A DNA stretch of 64,000 bases from an uncultured Actinomycetes bacterium (lineage in GTDB: Bacteria; Actinomycetota; Actinomycetes; Nanopelagicales; Nanopelagicaceae), in NCBI GenBank assembly GCA_903850565.1, contig CAINLV010000059.1, positions 15,981 through 79,980 of the forward strand. Direction: 5' to 3'. The notes under the pieces were generated by a model, which saw only the letters and a program-made list of their open reading frames with translations, did not search any database and was not told the origin of the DNA. How positions within the stretch are numbered: position 1 is the first letter of the stretch; each line of letters starts with the position of its first letter. The position numbers and the translations under genes were made by a program. This document shows positions 36,203-46,328 of this stretch, one piece after another.

Positions 36203-37134
36203 TGCAATATTTAGAACACCTAGATGACTCTCATCGAAGCGGTGTACTTGAATTAATTAGCGCCGCAACAAATCATGATGGTGTTCCACCTATTGCCGAG
36301 CATGTTGTGCTCCACTTGCGTCACGGTGGCGACATATCTGATTCGCACATAATCGTCTGCGAAGGTCCAACGGTGGTTGGTTATGCGCATCTGGATTTAA
36401 CAGATGAGGTTGAAGGTCCAAGCGTGGAAATTGTCATCCACCCAAAGTATCGTGGCAAGGGATTTGCTCAAGAGATACTAACTAAGGCAAAAGAAGTTGC
36501 TGGCATTCGAATGCGATTATGGGCGCATGGGGATGTCGCTGCTGCGAAAGAGTTAGCTTTGCACAATGGATTTAAACGAATCCGAACCGTTATCCAGATG
36601 CGAAGATCCTTAATTGATGCACTTCCGGAAGTAGACCCATCAGTCCAAACCAGAACATTTCTGCCTGGATTAGACGATGAAGAATGGCTAGCACTTAACA
36701 ATCGCGCATTTATTGACCACCCAGATCAAAGCAAATGGGACCTCAACGACCTAACAATTCGCCTTCATGAAAATTGGTTTGACCCAACGGGATTCTTTAT
36801 TGCAACCGACAAGGGAATTGCCACGGCTTTCTGCTGGACCAAGATTCATGGCGGTCATTCGCATTCCCATGAAGGTGAAAACGAACATCACGACCATGAC
36901 CCCATTGGTGAGATTTATATTATGGGAGTCGATCCCGCTTATGCTGGCAGGGGCTTAGGCAAAGCGCTAACCCTGGCCGGACTTCGATACCTAAGACAGA
37001 ACGGTATTTTCTCCGCAATGTTATATGTCGATTCAGATAACGAAGCGGCGCTAAGGCTTTATAAATCTTTAGGTTTTACTGAATTTGGAAGAGATGTCCT
37101 CTACCGATTAGACACTCACCAACTCCGCGCATAA
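36202..37134 (+). CDS. mshD: Mycothiol synthase (tandem GNAT acetyltransferase)
   Basis: 310 aa. Two GNAT folds (HPKYRGKGFAQ and DPAYAGRGLGKALT). GTG start overlaps the glnR TAG stop. Confidence 0.85.
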   Translation: MQYLEHLDDSHRSGVLELISAATNHDGVPPIAEHVVLHLRHGGDISDSHIIVCEGPTVVGYAHLDLTDEVEGPSVEIVIHPKYRGKGFAQEILTKAKEVAGIRMRLWAHGDVAAAKELALHNGFKRIRTVIQMRRSLIDALPEVDPSVQTRTFLPGLDDEEWLALNNRAFIDHPDQSKWDLNDLTIRLHENWFDPTGFFIATDKGIATAFCWTKIHGGHSHSHEGENEHHDHDPIGEIYIMGVDPAYAGRGLGKALTLAGLRYLRQNGIFSAMLYVDSDNEAALRLYKSLGFTEFGRDVLYRLDTHQLRA

Positions 37135-38466
37135 CTTTCGAAATGCCGAAGTATGGGCATCAACATCTGCTTCGGTACTGTCCGGAGACATCAGGGCCAT
37201 ATTGTGAAACGGAGTTAGCAAGAAGCCGTCGTTGAGCAGACGAAGGTGAATATATTGTTCTAGTTCGAAGTCGCCAGCATCTGCCGCTTCTTTTCCAGTT
37301 TTTGGGGCGCCGCTCTTAAAGAGATACTCGCCTCTGGCGCCGAGCCGGCTGCAATGCCAAGGAAGATCGAACTCAGCTATAACTGAATCCACACCATCGC
37401 ACCACCGCTGACCCAATGAAATCATTTTCACGAAATTAGTTTCGGTAAGAACTTCGGTTAAGGTCGCTCTCATCGCAGCTAAACTCAGGGCATTTCCAGC
37501 CAGGGTCCCCCCGATTCCGCCAGTATCAATAATTTCGCGCTCAACCATTGCCTTAATTCGATTAGCGATCGCTTGGGTCATACCGAAAGTTCCAGTTGGA
37601 ATTCCGCCACCAATTGCTTTACCAATTGTAAGGAAGTCGGGCTTGAGCCCAAGTTGCGCGGTCATTCCTCCTGGACCTACTGAGATTGTGTGAGTCTCAT
37701 CGATGATCCATACTGCGCCATATTTCTCTGCCAACTTTCCAACGGCCTCAAGATAGCCATCGGCCGGTAACACGATTCCAACGTTGGTCATAGCTGGTTC
37801 CATCAGGATTGCTGCAACGTCACCCAGGGCTAGGGCAGCCTCCATAGCGGAAAGATCGTTGAATTCCACAACTCGTGTAGTGGCTTGCAAATCAACGGGC
37901 GCACCTAAGTTGCCTTCGCGCTTAACGGTATTTCCACCGGCATCTAATGTGGCGAATGTTTCATCCACGCTACCGTGATAGCAACGATCAATAACAATGA
38001 TTTTTTGTTTTCCGGTTATTAATCGGGAGTAGCGGAGCACATGGCGATTGGCATCCGTCGCCGACACCGTGAATTGCCACAGTGGCAATCCAAAACGTCG
38101 TGCTAACTCTTTCGAAACGGTTACCGCATCTTTGGTTGGAAGCATGGCAGTTATTCCCCGTTGCATCTGTTCAGTTATCGCTTGAACGGTGGCGGCTGGT
38201 GAGTGTCCCGTCATCGATCCAGTATCACCCAGGCACAGATCCACATATTCAATTCCATCGACATCGGTAAAACGCGATCCCGAAGCAGATGCGACAAAGA
38301 GAGGGTATTTTCCGGGCCACTTTGCCATCCACGACATGGGAACTCCACCTGGCATGACATCTAGAGCTTGTCGAAAGAGTTCGCCAGATTCGGGATGAAG
38401 TTGAAGAAAGCGTGCTTCTTCATGGGCAATTAATTTCTTCAGATGCTCTCGATCAATAATTTTCAC
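37108..38466 (-). CDS. Class III aminotransferase (glutamate-1-semialdehyde aminomutase-like)
   Basis: 452 aa. Segments IIDETHTISVGPGGMTAQLGLKPDFLTIGKAIGGGIP (PLP Lys) and ATDANRHVLRYSR. Confidence 0.8.
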   Translation of the reverse strand: MKIIDREHLKKLIAHEEARFLQLHPESGELFRQALDVMPGGVPMSWMAKWPGKYPLFVASASGSRFTDVDGIEYVDLCLGDTGSMTGHSPAATVQAITEQMQRGITAMLPTKDAVTVSKELARRFGLPLWQFTVSATDANRHVLRYSRLITGKQKIIVIDRCYHGSVDETFATLDAGGNTVKREGNLGAPVDLQATTRVVEFNDLSAMEAALALGDVAAILMEPAMTNVGIVLPADGYLEAVGKLAEKYGAVWIIDETHTISVGPGGMTAQLGLKPDFLTIGKAIGGGIPTGTFGMTQAIANRIKAMVEREIIDTGGIGGTLAGNALSLAAMRATLTEVLTETNFVKMISLGQRWCDGVDSVIAEFDLPWHCSRLGARGEYLFKSGAPKTGKEAADAGDFELEQYIHLRLLNDGFLLTPFHNMALMSPDSTEADVDAHTSAFRKLCAELVSV

Positions 38467-38487
38467 AACGCCACTCTTTCTCTCTCT

Positions 38488-39252
38488 TTAATCTTCGGAG
38501 AATGTAAATAAAGCTTCTATGTAGTGATCTCCCACGATCCCCAAGTTTGCCGCGTCAGGTGGCGCAGTTTGAGGTTCAACTGCAATGCCTTCGGTATCTT
38601 CGGTGTATACGGTCCACCAAGGCGCATCACTTTCAATCGTGACTCGAGCAGCGCCTTCCCAAAGAATGGAAGGAACGCCACGAATACCAGTAAAGGCATC
38701 ATCCCAGGGTTCTTTTGAAATAGGTACGAGCTCACCGGTTGGCAGACCATCGTCACCACGGAGCAACATGGAGGTCGCATCGAACTCCAATTCCGCGGCA
38801 TCCCCGCGGGCCAGTTCCCGTGGAAACCAGGGATGAAGTCCGACCCAAGCCGGGATGGTGCACCCATTAGCCTCGTACTCAATAATCCATCGAACCGCAT
38901 CATCCAAAATTTCTATGGTCTGTTCTATGACCGCTCCGTTATAAGGAGCAGGAAGCTCTAACCGAGCCCGACCTTGACCAGTTTCCTCCCACGAGGAAAC
39001 GAAGCCATATCCATGAATAGCATTTGGTGGATCCCAATTTATTGGCAAGGTTTGTACTTGATCTTTTTCATCAACGATCAGGCCATCTCTGATTCGCCCG
39101 GCCCAGGGTGCCATTGCGTACCAACCCCAGGTAAGTGGTGTTCCGCGAAATGGAACTGCGAATTGCAGATCTCGCCACTGCAGCGAAGCGATCCGCGCGC
39201 CTTGATCTAGATCTATAGATACTGAAATCTCTGCACCATCGATATGTTGCAT
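38488..39252 (-). CDS. Aldose 1-epimerase (mutarotase) family protein
   Basis: 254 aa. HGYGF and GLHPWF segments typical of the galactose mutarotase-like fold. Confidence 0.7.
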   Translation of the reverse strand: MQHIDGAEISVSIDLDQGARIASLQWRDLQFAVPFRGTPLTWGWYAMAPWAGRIRDGLIVDEKDQVQTLPINWDPPNAIHGYGFVSSWEETGQGRARLELPAPYNGAVIEQTIEILDDAVRWIIEYEANGCTIPAWVGLHPWFPRELARGDAAELEFDATSMLLRGDDGLPTGELVPISKEPWDDAFTGIRGVPSILWEGAARVTIESDAPWWTVYTEDTEGIAVEPQTAPPDAANLGIVGDHYIEALFTFSED

Positions 39253-40179
39253 TTATTCCTCAATCTCACTCTTAGATGGCGGTTGCGCCCCAGCTCGAGA
39301 ACAGGTTATTGCTGCTGCCTTTGCGGCTCGCGATAAGACTGAGCTGAGAAGTTCACCATGTAGCGCTGCTAATCCTTTTTCAACAACTGCCTCAACGATA
39401 ATCGCACCAACTGTATCTCCTGCGCCGACAGTATCAACTACATTGACCTTTACTCCGGGTACAGAAATGACTCCTTGAGATGTAACGCCAATTAATCCAG
39501 AACTTCCTTTAGTAATGACCACCAATGCCAATCCTTCAGATATCCAGCGCTGGGCAATTGCGATCTCATTTTCATTTGGGTACAGCCAAGCCAAGTCATC
39601 ATCGCTAACTTTGATCACCGATGAAATCGCCGCCCACTTCGCAACACTTGCTTCATAGAGATCACGATCTGGCTGAACTGATGGCCGAATATTGGGGTCA
39701 TAAACAATGGGTGCGTAATCAGAGACCGAACTGGCCCATTGGTGAAGCGCAGTTGCGCCGGGTTCGATGAGCGTTCCCAGTGTGCCCACATGGAGAACTG
39801 CTGGGTGATTGGTCTGAGGTTTTGGGAGCCAATCTAACGAAAAATCAAAGGTGGCAGTTCCGGCAATCGTGAAAATATAACTGGCACTTCCAGAACTATC
39901 TAGAGTCACATCAGCGGTGCAGATTGGTAGCTTGGAAGATTTCGAATACTTTAGATCGACGCCCGCTGCCAATAATTCTGACTTAGCTCGTTCTCCGTAT
40001 TCGCCCGTTGACATGCCATCAATAAAGCAAGAATTGAATCCAAGTTTGGCCAATGCTTTCGCGGTATTGGCCGGGCCCCCGCCTACTATCGCAATTTTTT
40101 GCCCATCTTTGGGGATTAAATCGATGAGAACTTCTCCGCTGACCCAAATCTCGGGCGCGAATCTATCATTGCTCATCAC
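39253..40179 (-). CDS. PfkB-family carbohydrate kinase (fructokinase-like)
   Basis: 308 aa. GGGPANTA near the N-terminus and DTVGAGDTVGAI near the C-terminus. Confidence 0.85.
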   Translation of the reverse strand: MMSNDRFAPEIWVSGEVLIDLIPKDGQKIAIVGGGPANTAKALAKLGFNSCFIDGMSTGEYGERAKSELLAAGVDLKYSKSSKLPICTADVTLDSSGSASYIFTIAGTATFDFSLDWLPKPQTNHPAVLHVGTLGTLIEPGATALHQWASSVSDYAPIVYDPNIRPSVQPDRDLYEASVAKWAAISSVIKVSDDDLAWLYPNENEIAIAQRWISEGLALVVITKGSSGLIGVTSQGVISVPGVKVNVVDTVGAGDTVGAIIVEAVVEKGLAALHGELLSSVLSRAAKAAAITCSRAGAQPPSKSEIEE

Positions 40180-40237
40180 GGATTTAGTCTATCGGTTTCA
40201 ATTTTCTCATTTGATTGCCTTGTAGCAGACTGAGCGT

Positions 40238-41173
40238 ATGACCTCATTAACTCCCATCCCAAATACCGACCTAAAAGTTCATCCCCTTTGCCTAGGCGGA
40301 AATGTCTTCGGATGGAGCGCTGACGAAACCCAATCTTTTGAATTACTGGACGCCTATTTTGAGGCCGGTGGAAACTTCGTCGATACCGCCGATGTGTATT
40401 CAGAATGGAAACCAGGCAATACCGGCGGCGATTCCGAGATCATTATTGGAAAATGGATGAAAGCAAGGGGAAATCGAAGCAAAGTCATTATTGCTACGAA
40501 GGTCGCAAAATTTTCCCAGCGCCCAGGGTTGGCACCTGCAAATATCCGAAGTGCCGCCAGTGACTCACTTCGCAGGTTGCAAACCGATTACATAGATTTG
40601 TACTACGCCCACGAAGATGATGAAAAAGTTCCACAACTAGATACCCTGCAATCTTTTAATGAATTAATTACGGATGGCAAGGTTAGATATATCGGGGCAT
40701 CAAATTTTACAGGTGCTCGATTAAAATCCGCGAACGAAGTCGCTGTCGCAAATAACTTTTCGCCATATGCTGTAATTCAAAATAATTACAACCTCCTGGC
40801 CCGTTCTGAATATGAAGAAGATATGGCTCCAACTCTTACCGAGTTAGGGATCTCCTGTTTACCTTTCTTTGGATTAGCCCGTGGCTTTCTCAGTGGCAAG
40901 TATCGGGAAGGCGTAGTTGTGGAGTCAGTTCGTGCGGCAGGAGTTGCCGGATTCCAAAACGAAAGAGGTTGGAAGACTGTGGCTGCCCTGGAACAAATCG
41001 CCAATGCTCATCACACCTCGATTGCATCGGTTTCTTTGGCGTGGCTTCGAAGTCAACCAACGGTATGCGCTCCAATAGCCAGTGCAAGGACCGTGGAACA
41101 ACTGCGCGAAATCATGCAGGTCATAGAACTTTCTCCCGATGAAATCGCGCAACTGACTGCAATTACTGCCTAA
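40238..41173 (+). CDS. Aldo/keto reductase
   Basis: 311 aa. Motifs FVDTADVYS, IATKV, DLYYAHEDD and YIGASNF. Confidence 0.9.
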   Translation: MTSLTPIPNTDLKVHPLCLGGNVFGWSADETQSFELLDAYFEAGGNFVDTADVYSEWKPGNTGGDSEIIIGKWMKARGNRSKVIIATKVAKFSQRPGLAPANIRSAASDSLRRLQTDYIDLYYAHEDDEKVPQLDTLQSFNELITDGKVRYIGASNFTGARLKSANEVAVANNFSPYAVIQNNYNLLARSEYEEDMAPTLTELGISCLPFFGLARGFLSGKYREGVVVESVRAAGVAGFQNERGWKTVAALEQIANAHHTSIASVSLAWLRSQPTVCAPIASARTVEQLREIMQVIELSPDEIAQLTAITA

Positions 41174-42114
41174 CTTGCTGCAGGCGAGGCAGATGGATTT
41201 GCGCCGGCCCCTCGCCCAGCAAACCCATTACCTCCGCCCGTATTTGGCAATAAAGCTCGACACTTGGCAAGAGCATCTGCCACCTTTGGATCAGTTACAT
41301 CTGGTCGTGTCCCAGCCGCAAAGGTGACACCCGCCTTAGTTAAACAAGCGGTAAATTCTGGATTGCTGAATGGTCCACCAGCTCTAGCACCCCCACTTAT
41401 GGATGGCCGTGCGCTTGCTCCTGCGTTGGGAGTTGTCGATGTGGTCTTCTTCGAAGTTGAGGCTTGTGCCGTTGCGGCAGGTTTAGCAGTGGTTGGATTT
41501 GATGAAGAAGTTGGAGCGGATGCCCCTGCAGATTGACCGACAACTGTCGGGGTCTGCGTTATCACAATCGGCGTGACTGATCCATCAGCCTCAACCGGGC
41601 CAGTGACTGAAATTGAGTCCCCCACTTTTAGGGAAGTTAGATCACTTGGAACTGATTTTTCGACGGGCGTGTCCGCCGCAGCATTGACTGTCACTGAACT
41701 GCCATCCGTTTTCAAAATAACAATTGTATTTCCATCTATCTTGGTAATTGTCCCGGCATTGCCCCGACCGAAACCACCACCGGGAAATCCTGAACCTGGA
41801 GCCCCAATGGTTGCACCTGAAGCAGCACCAGTCGCTCCCGCACCACCTCCAAAAGAGGCGCGCAGGCTAGCAAAATCGGATGCCGCCGAACTCGCTGGTG
41901 TTCTGTGACCGTACCAAGCACCTGCAGAAGCAGCTGCAACTATAAGGAGCAACCCCGCCAGAATCGATGTGTATTTATTGGTCCATCGATACGTTCCCTT
42001 CGCCAACTCCTCCTTGAGATTATCTACCTCAGGAGTAGCGAAGAGATCGAAATCTTCGGAATCATTATTCATACCGTCCTCATTATTCATACCGTCCTCA
42101 TTATTCCTACTCAT
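41170..42114 (-). CDS. Single-pass membrane protein with Gly/Ala/Ser/Thr-rich ectodomain; last gene of the ABC exporter operon
   Basis: 314 aa. Acidic N-terminus with the tandem NNEDGM repeat, TM helix ILAGLLLIVAAASAGAW, a small beta domain (GTITKIDGNTIVILKTDGSSVTV..LKVGDSISVTG), and two Cys near the C-terminus. Overlaps the permease gene stop by 8 nt. Confidence 0.55.
   Translation of the reverse strand: MSRNNEDGMNNEDGMNNDSEDFDLFATPEVDNLKEELAKGTYRWTNKYTSILAGLLLIVAAASAGAWYGHRTPASSAASDFASLRASFGGGAGATGAASGATIGAPGSGFPGGGFGRGNAGTITKIDGNTIVILKTDGSSVTVNAAADTPVEKSVPSDLTSLKVGDSISVTGPVEADGSVTPIVITQTPTVVGQSAGASAPTSSSNPTTAKPAATAQASTSKKTTSTTPNAGASARPSISGGARAGGPFSNPEFTACLTKAGVTFAAGTRPDVTDPKVADALAKCRALLPNTGGGNGFAGRGAGANPSASPAAS
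42064..42106 (-). repeat. 18-bp tandem direct repeat (2 full copies plus a partial one) inside the 5' end of the 41170..42114 gene
   Basis: ATTATTCATACCGTCCTC occurs twice, then ATTATTC. It encodes NNEDGM-NNEDGM-NN in frame. Confidence 0.85.
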
Positions 42115-43327
42115 AACGAAGTGCCTCTATCGGTCGAAGGGATGCCGCACGGCTTGCTGGATATCCTCCAAAGAAGAGTCCGATCAGGACACTAACTCCG
42201 AAGGCCAAAAATACTGAGGACGGAACGATTACTGGTTTCACCCCAATGATCTGGAAGTGGGAACCGATATAGCCAGCCAGAACCCCTAAAGCACCACCCA
42301 CTAACGACAATATCGTGGCCTCTATGAGGAACTGCGAAAGGATTGCGCTCTTAGGTGCACCAATAGCTTTTCTAATACCGATTTCTCGGGTTCGTTCAAT
42401 GACCGTAACCAACATAATGTTGGTGATGCCAATACCGCCGACCAACAGTGAAATTCCTGCAACGACGCCTAGAAGCACCGTAAATACTTTGCTATTTGAA
42501 GAGGAAGTGGCCAGAAGCGTTGCTTGGTTGAAGAGGCGATAGTCACGGGTTGCCGTTGACTTCACATGATGCCTGGCATCCAAGATAGTTTGAATTTCGG
42601 TTTGAGCGGCATCAGTAGTCTTCGAAGATGTTGCTTCGACAATGATGGAGGACAAAGGTTTGTATCCAGTCAAGCTATTTTGAACTGCAGTAATCGGCGC
42701 TAAGAAAAGACTGTCGCCATCTTGGAAACCAGAAGAACCTTTGATTTCGGTGGTCCCGATAATGGTGAATGGAATTCCACCACATCTCACTGTTTGACCG
42801 ATGGGGCTATCAGTTCCAAATAAATCTGTCGCCGTAGTATTTCCAATTACTGCCACTCTTCGTCCTTCAGTGACATCGTCGTTAGTGAAGTAAGAACCCT
42901 TCGCAATGGCTACATTGCTGGCCTCGAAATATGCCGGCCAGGTTCCAGAAAAAGTTGATGGTGTGGAAGTGTTAGTCCCGTTCGTACACGTAGCATTTGC
43001 ATTGGCAATAGGAGCTACCTGCTTAATATCTGGAGCCAACGTCTTATCTACTAACGCAACTGCATCCAAAACTGTTAGCGCTTTGGTGCTGTTGGATGCA
43101 GATTGCGCTCTGGGTCCAAATCCAAAATTGCCGGAACGAACTTGAATCGAATTAGTACCCAATCTATCCAAACTTTGTTGAACGGCAAGTGAAGAACCGT
43201 TTCCCACGGCGATAAGGACGATTACTGACCCAACTCCGATTGCAATTCCCATGGTTGTAAGCGCGGTTCGGAGTTTATTTATGGTTAGGCCTCGAAGCGC
43301 AAATCTGATGATTTCCATTAAATTCAT
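42107..43327 (-). CDS. MacB/FtsX-type ABC transporter permease
   Basis: 406 aa. N-terminal TM helix, a large extracytoplasmic MacB_PCD-like domain and a C-terminal FtsX 3-TM bundle (TREIGIRKAIGA motif). Confidence 0.9.
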   Translation of the reverse strand: MNLMEIIRFALRGLTINKLRTALTTMGIAIGVGSVIVLIAVGNGSSLAVQQSLDRLGTNSIQVRSGNFGFGPRAQSASNSTKALTVLDAVALVDKTLAPDIKQVAPIANANATCTNGTNTSTPSTFSGTWPAYFEASNVAIAKGSYFTNDDVTEGRRVAVIGNTTATDLFGTDSPIGQTVRCGGIPFTIIGTTEIKGSSGFQDGDSLFLAPITAVQNSLTGYKPLSSIIVEATSSKTTDAAQTEIQTILDARHHVKSTATRDYRLFNQATLLATSSSNSKVFTVLLGVVAGISLLVGGIGITNIMLVTVIERTREIGIRKAIGAPKSAILSQFLIEATILSLVGGALGVLAGYIGSHFQIIGVKPVIVPSSVFLAFGVSVLIGLFFGGYPASRAASLRPIEALRYE

Positions 43328-44025
43328 ATAGACACCTTCCTATTCAAGGTGTCCTCAACAATCAAACCATCCCGCATTCGAATGACGCGCTTCGCCCGAT
43401 TGGCAACATCCATTTCGTGTGTGATCACTACAACGGTTCGGCCAGCAGCATTAATTTGATCGAAGAGATCTAAAAGATCTTCGGTTGATTTGGAATCCAA
43501 AGCTCCAGTTGGTTCATCCGCAAGTAACAGCGCTGGTCTAGTGGCCAAGGCTCGAGCAACTGCCACTCGTTGTTGTTGCCCACCCGAAAGTTCGGTGGGT
43601 TCGTGGTTCACGCGATCTGACAGACCAACAACCTCTAGCGCCTTCAGTGCACGTTTGCGCCGCTCTGCAGATTTGATGCCCTGATATGCCATTGGAAGTT
43701 CGACATTGGCCAAAGCGGTAGTACGTGGAATGAGATTAAACGACTGAAAAATAAAACCAATCTTTCGACCTCGGACAATAGAAAGGGCATTCTCATCCAT
43801 AGAAGAGACTTCAATTCCCTCTAAGAAGTAGGTTCCCGAAGTCATGGCATCCAGAGCCCCCATAATGTTCATCAGCGTTGATTTACCTGACCCCGATGGA
43901 CCCATGATGGCAACATATTCGCCGGGGAAGATTTCCAGATCTACTCCTGCTAGAGCAAAGATTGCAGAATCGCCTTGACCATATTGTTTAACCGCGCCTT
44001 TGACATCAATGACCGGTTGCATCAA
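43324..44025 (-). CDS. ABC transporter ATP-binding protein (MacB/LolD type)
   Basis: 233 aa. Walker [10 protein letters not shown], signature [15 protein letters not shown], Walker [13 protein letters not shown]. Confidence 0.95.
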   Translation of the reverse strand: MMQPVIDVKGAVKQYGQGDSAIFALAGVDLEIFPGEYVAIMGPSGSGKSTLMNIMGALDAMTSGTYFLEGIEVSSMDENALSIVRGRKIGFIFQSFNLIPRTTALANVELPMAYQGIKSAERRKRALKALEVVGLSDRVNHEPTELSGGQQQRVAVARALATRPALLLADEPTGALDSKSTEDLLDLFDQINAAGRTVVVITHEMDVANRAKRVIRMRDGLIVEDTLNRKVSI

Positions 44026-46307
44026 CCGCCACCGCCACGACCGCCACCGCCACCAAAGCCACCGCCAGTACCGCCAGTCAACGTCCCCGCACCAGTTACT
44101 GATGGAACCGTTCCGGTTGGGAAGCCATTTGAACCCACCGATGATGTCGAAGTTCGTAGGGCAATGACATCTCCAGCTTTGATCCCCGAAAGAATTTCAT
44201 CAGATGAATCGCCTTGGAGACCTACAACAACGCGAGTCGAACTAATTAAATCTTTTCCAGCCACTTTGGTGACCACATTTACTGTGGAGCGAGTTCCCCT
44301 TGTGGTTACGGCTTGAGCAGAAACCTGAAGAACACCAACTACAGATCCCGTGGTGACGGTTGCGGTAGCGGACATTCCTGGTTTGAGGCCCGCGACCGGA
44401 GAATCTAAATCGAAGGTAACTGTGTAAGAAGTGGCCCCACTTGAAGTTGTAGGCAAGAGATCAATAGCAGAGACCGTTCCTGTAGGTGTCACATTTGGAA
44501 GTGCTTCGAAATTGAACGAAGTCGTTAACCCAACCTGTAATTTCGCGGTATCAGATTCTGAGAAACCGGCTTGTACCCGCAATGAACTGACATTCGTTAG
44601 AACTATAAACCCGGAAACCGTGCCAGCTGTTGCTGAAGCATTGGAGCCTGTAGATACCGATTGACCCACGGTAGAAGAAATTGAAGCAATATCACCGGCA
44701 ACCGGAGCCTTGATGGTGGTTGCCGCAAAATTCTTCTGCGCTAAGTTATATGAGGCCTGCGCAATCTCAATACTTGCTTGCGCTGCATCTACATCTGATT
44801 GCTTTGGCTGTTGCAGCGCAATCGCCTGTTGGGCTTGGAAGAGACTGAAGGACAACTTGGCATTATTTAGTGAATTGCGAAGGCTAGTTAGAGTTTGCGA
44901 ATTCGTTTGCGCATCCTTCGCCAAATTGTTGGTTTGGTTGGTGACAGCAGTGTCAACGGCCGATTGAAGATTGGCAAGATTCTGCGCATCTTTCTTTAAG
45001 CTCGTAGTTTGATTCTGCTGAGCGCTGGCATAAGCGGCTTGCGCTGAAACCACACTCTGAGCATCCTTCTTAATGTTGCTGGCTTGATTTGCAACGGCAG
45101 TATCAATGGCGGTCTGCAAATTTTCCAGATTTTGGGCGTCTTTATTGAGGTTAAGCGTTTGGCTCAATTGCGCATTTGTGTAAGCAGTTTGAGCAGCCAC
45201 AATTGCTTGAGCATCCTTCTTAATATTATTGGTCTGGCTCGCCAGAGCTGAAGCATAATTCGCTTTCGCTGAAAATAAAGAATTGTTGTTACTCAATATA
45301 TTCGAGCACTTGCTGAAGATGTCATTGATATTTGCCGCCGGGTACCCATACAAACTTAAGCTTTGACAATAGGCAACCGAATACCCATATGGTCCCCAGG
45401 TGTTGAGATAATTGCTAGCCGTGACCTGGGCTGATTGAAAAGTTAGATTGGCCGCATCCACACTTGCCTGATAGGTAATTTTGTTGGCATCGGCATTGGA
45501 TATTGCAATGTCCACATTATTTTTCGCCGTATCTACCGAACTTTGGTAACTGGTTTTATTTAATTCAGCAGTGGCAGTTGCTTCAACCAGCGAGCGCTTT
45601 GCTGCATCAATTGAATTTTGATAGGTGACTTTATTCGGGTCGATTGCTGCGGTTGCCACATCAAGATTTGTTTTCGAAGTATCGACCGAGTTTTGATAAG
45701 TAACTTTATTTAGATCTGCCAAGGCTTGAGCATCGGCCAAGGATTTCTTTGCCGAATCCACGGAAGCTTGATAGGTAGCCGCATTTGAAGTTTGGGAGTT
45801 CAGGGCCGTATCTAGATTAGCTTGTGCCACGTCTACAGAATTTTGAGATTGTTGTAATTGCAGAGCTGCCTGAGCTTGCTCGGCCACAGTTCGGGATGGC
45901 TTTAATTTGGCTAGCGCCGCTTTGGCATTCATCAACGAGGTGCTGGCTTGAATGAGTGCAGTATTTTGTGCGGTGGGATCTAGTTTTGCCAAGGTTTGCC
46001 CAGCTTTTACATGATCTCCCGCCGCCACGAATAACTTAGTCAATGTGCCCGCGACTGTCGGGTTTACACCAACATCGCCAGGGCTAATCACCTTTCCACT
46101 GGCCGAAACTGTCGCCGATACATCACCGATTCTGGCAATAGTGGTCACTGGTGCAGCCGCGGCAGCTTTTGGATGGAGCGCGCTCCAACCCCAAAATCCA
46201 ACGCCAGCGACTGCCACTACGAGAATGAGATTTATTGCAAGGATTCTGATTTTCGCCCGATTCATGCCGTGAACGCTAAATGCTTGGGGTGAGATTGTTA
46301 CCCTCAA
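44022..46307 (-). CDS. HlyD/membrane-fusion-protein-family periplasmic adaptor with a greatly expanded coiled-coil and a Gly-rich C-terminal tail
   Basis: 761 aa. N-terminal TM anchor and a biotinyl/lipoyl-like half-motif (VKAGQTLAKLD ... APVAGDI). Between them lie ~400 aa of Ala/Gln/Asn/Thr-rich repeats. C-terminal beta-barrel domains end in [17 protein letters not shown]. The start is uncertain (TTG at 46307 or ATG at 46265). Confidence 0.75.
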   Translation of the reverse strand: MRVTISPQAFSVHGMNRAKIRILAINLILVVAVAGVGFWGWSALHPKAAAAAPVTTIARIGDVSATVSASGKVISPGDVGVNPTVAGTLTKLFVAAGDHVKAGQTLAKLDPTAQNTALIQASTSLMNAKAALAKLKPSRTVAEQAQAALQLQQSQNSVDVAQANLDTALNSQTSNAATYQASVDSAKKSLADAQALADLNKVTYQNSVDTSKTNLDVATAAIDPNKVTYQNSIDAAKRSLVEATATAELNKTSYQSSVDTAKNNVDIAISNADANKITYQASVDAANLTFQSAQVTASNYLNTWGPYGYSVAYCQSLSLYGYPAANINDIFSKCSNILSNNNSLFSAKANYASALASQTNNIKKDAQAIVAAQTAYTNAQLSQTLNLNKDAQNLENLQTAIDTAVANQASNIKKDAQSVVSAQAAYASAQQNQTTSLKKDAQNLANLQSAVDTAVTNQTNNLAKDAQTNSQTLTSLRNSLNNAKLSFSLFQAQQAIALQQPKQSDVDAAQASIEIAQASYNLAQKNFAATTIKAPVAGDIASISSTVGQSVSTGSNASATAGTVSGFIVLTNVSSLRVQAGFSESDTAKLQVGLTTSFNFEALPNVTPTGTVSAIDLLPTTSSGATSYTVTFDLDSPVAGLKPGMSATATVTTGSVVGVLQVSAQAVTTRGTRSTVNVVTKVAGKDLISSTRVVVGLQGDSSDEILSGIKAGDVIALRTSTSSVGSNGFPTGTVPSVTGAGTLTGGTGGGFGGGGGRGGGG

Positions 46308-46328
46308 ATTGCTTATAGGTTCCTGTGA

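Noticed and set aside
43975-44316. Plus-strand ORF with a poly-proline stretch (PPPPRPPPPPKPPPVPP).
   Set aside because: It is the reverse-complement shadow of the Gly-rich C-terminus of the adaptor protein, and it overlaps the ATPase gene start. It has no independent support.
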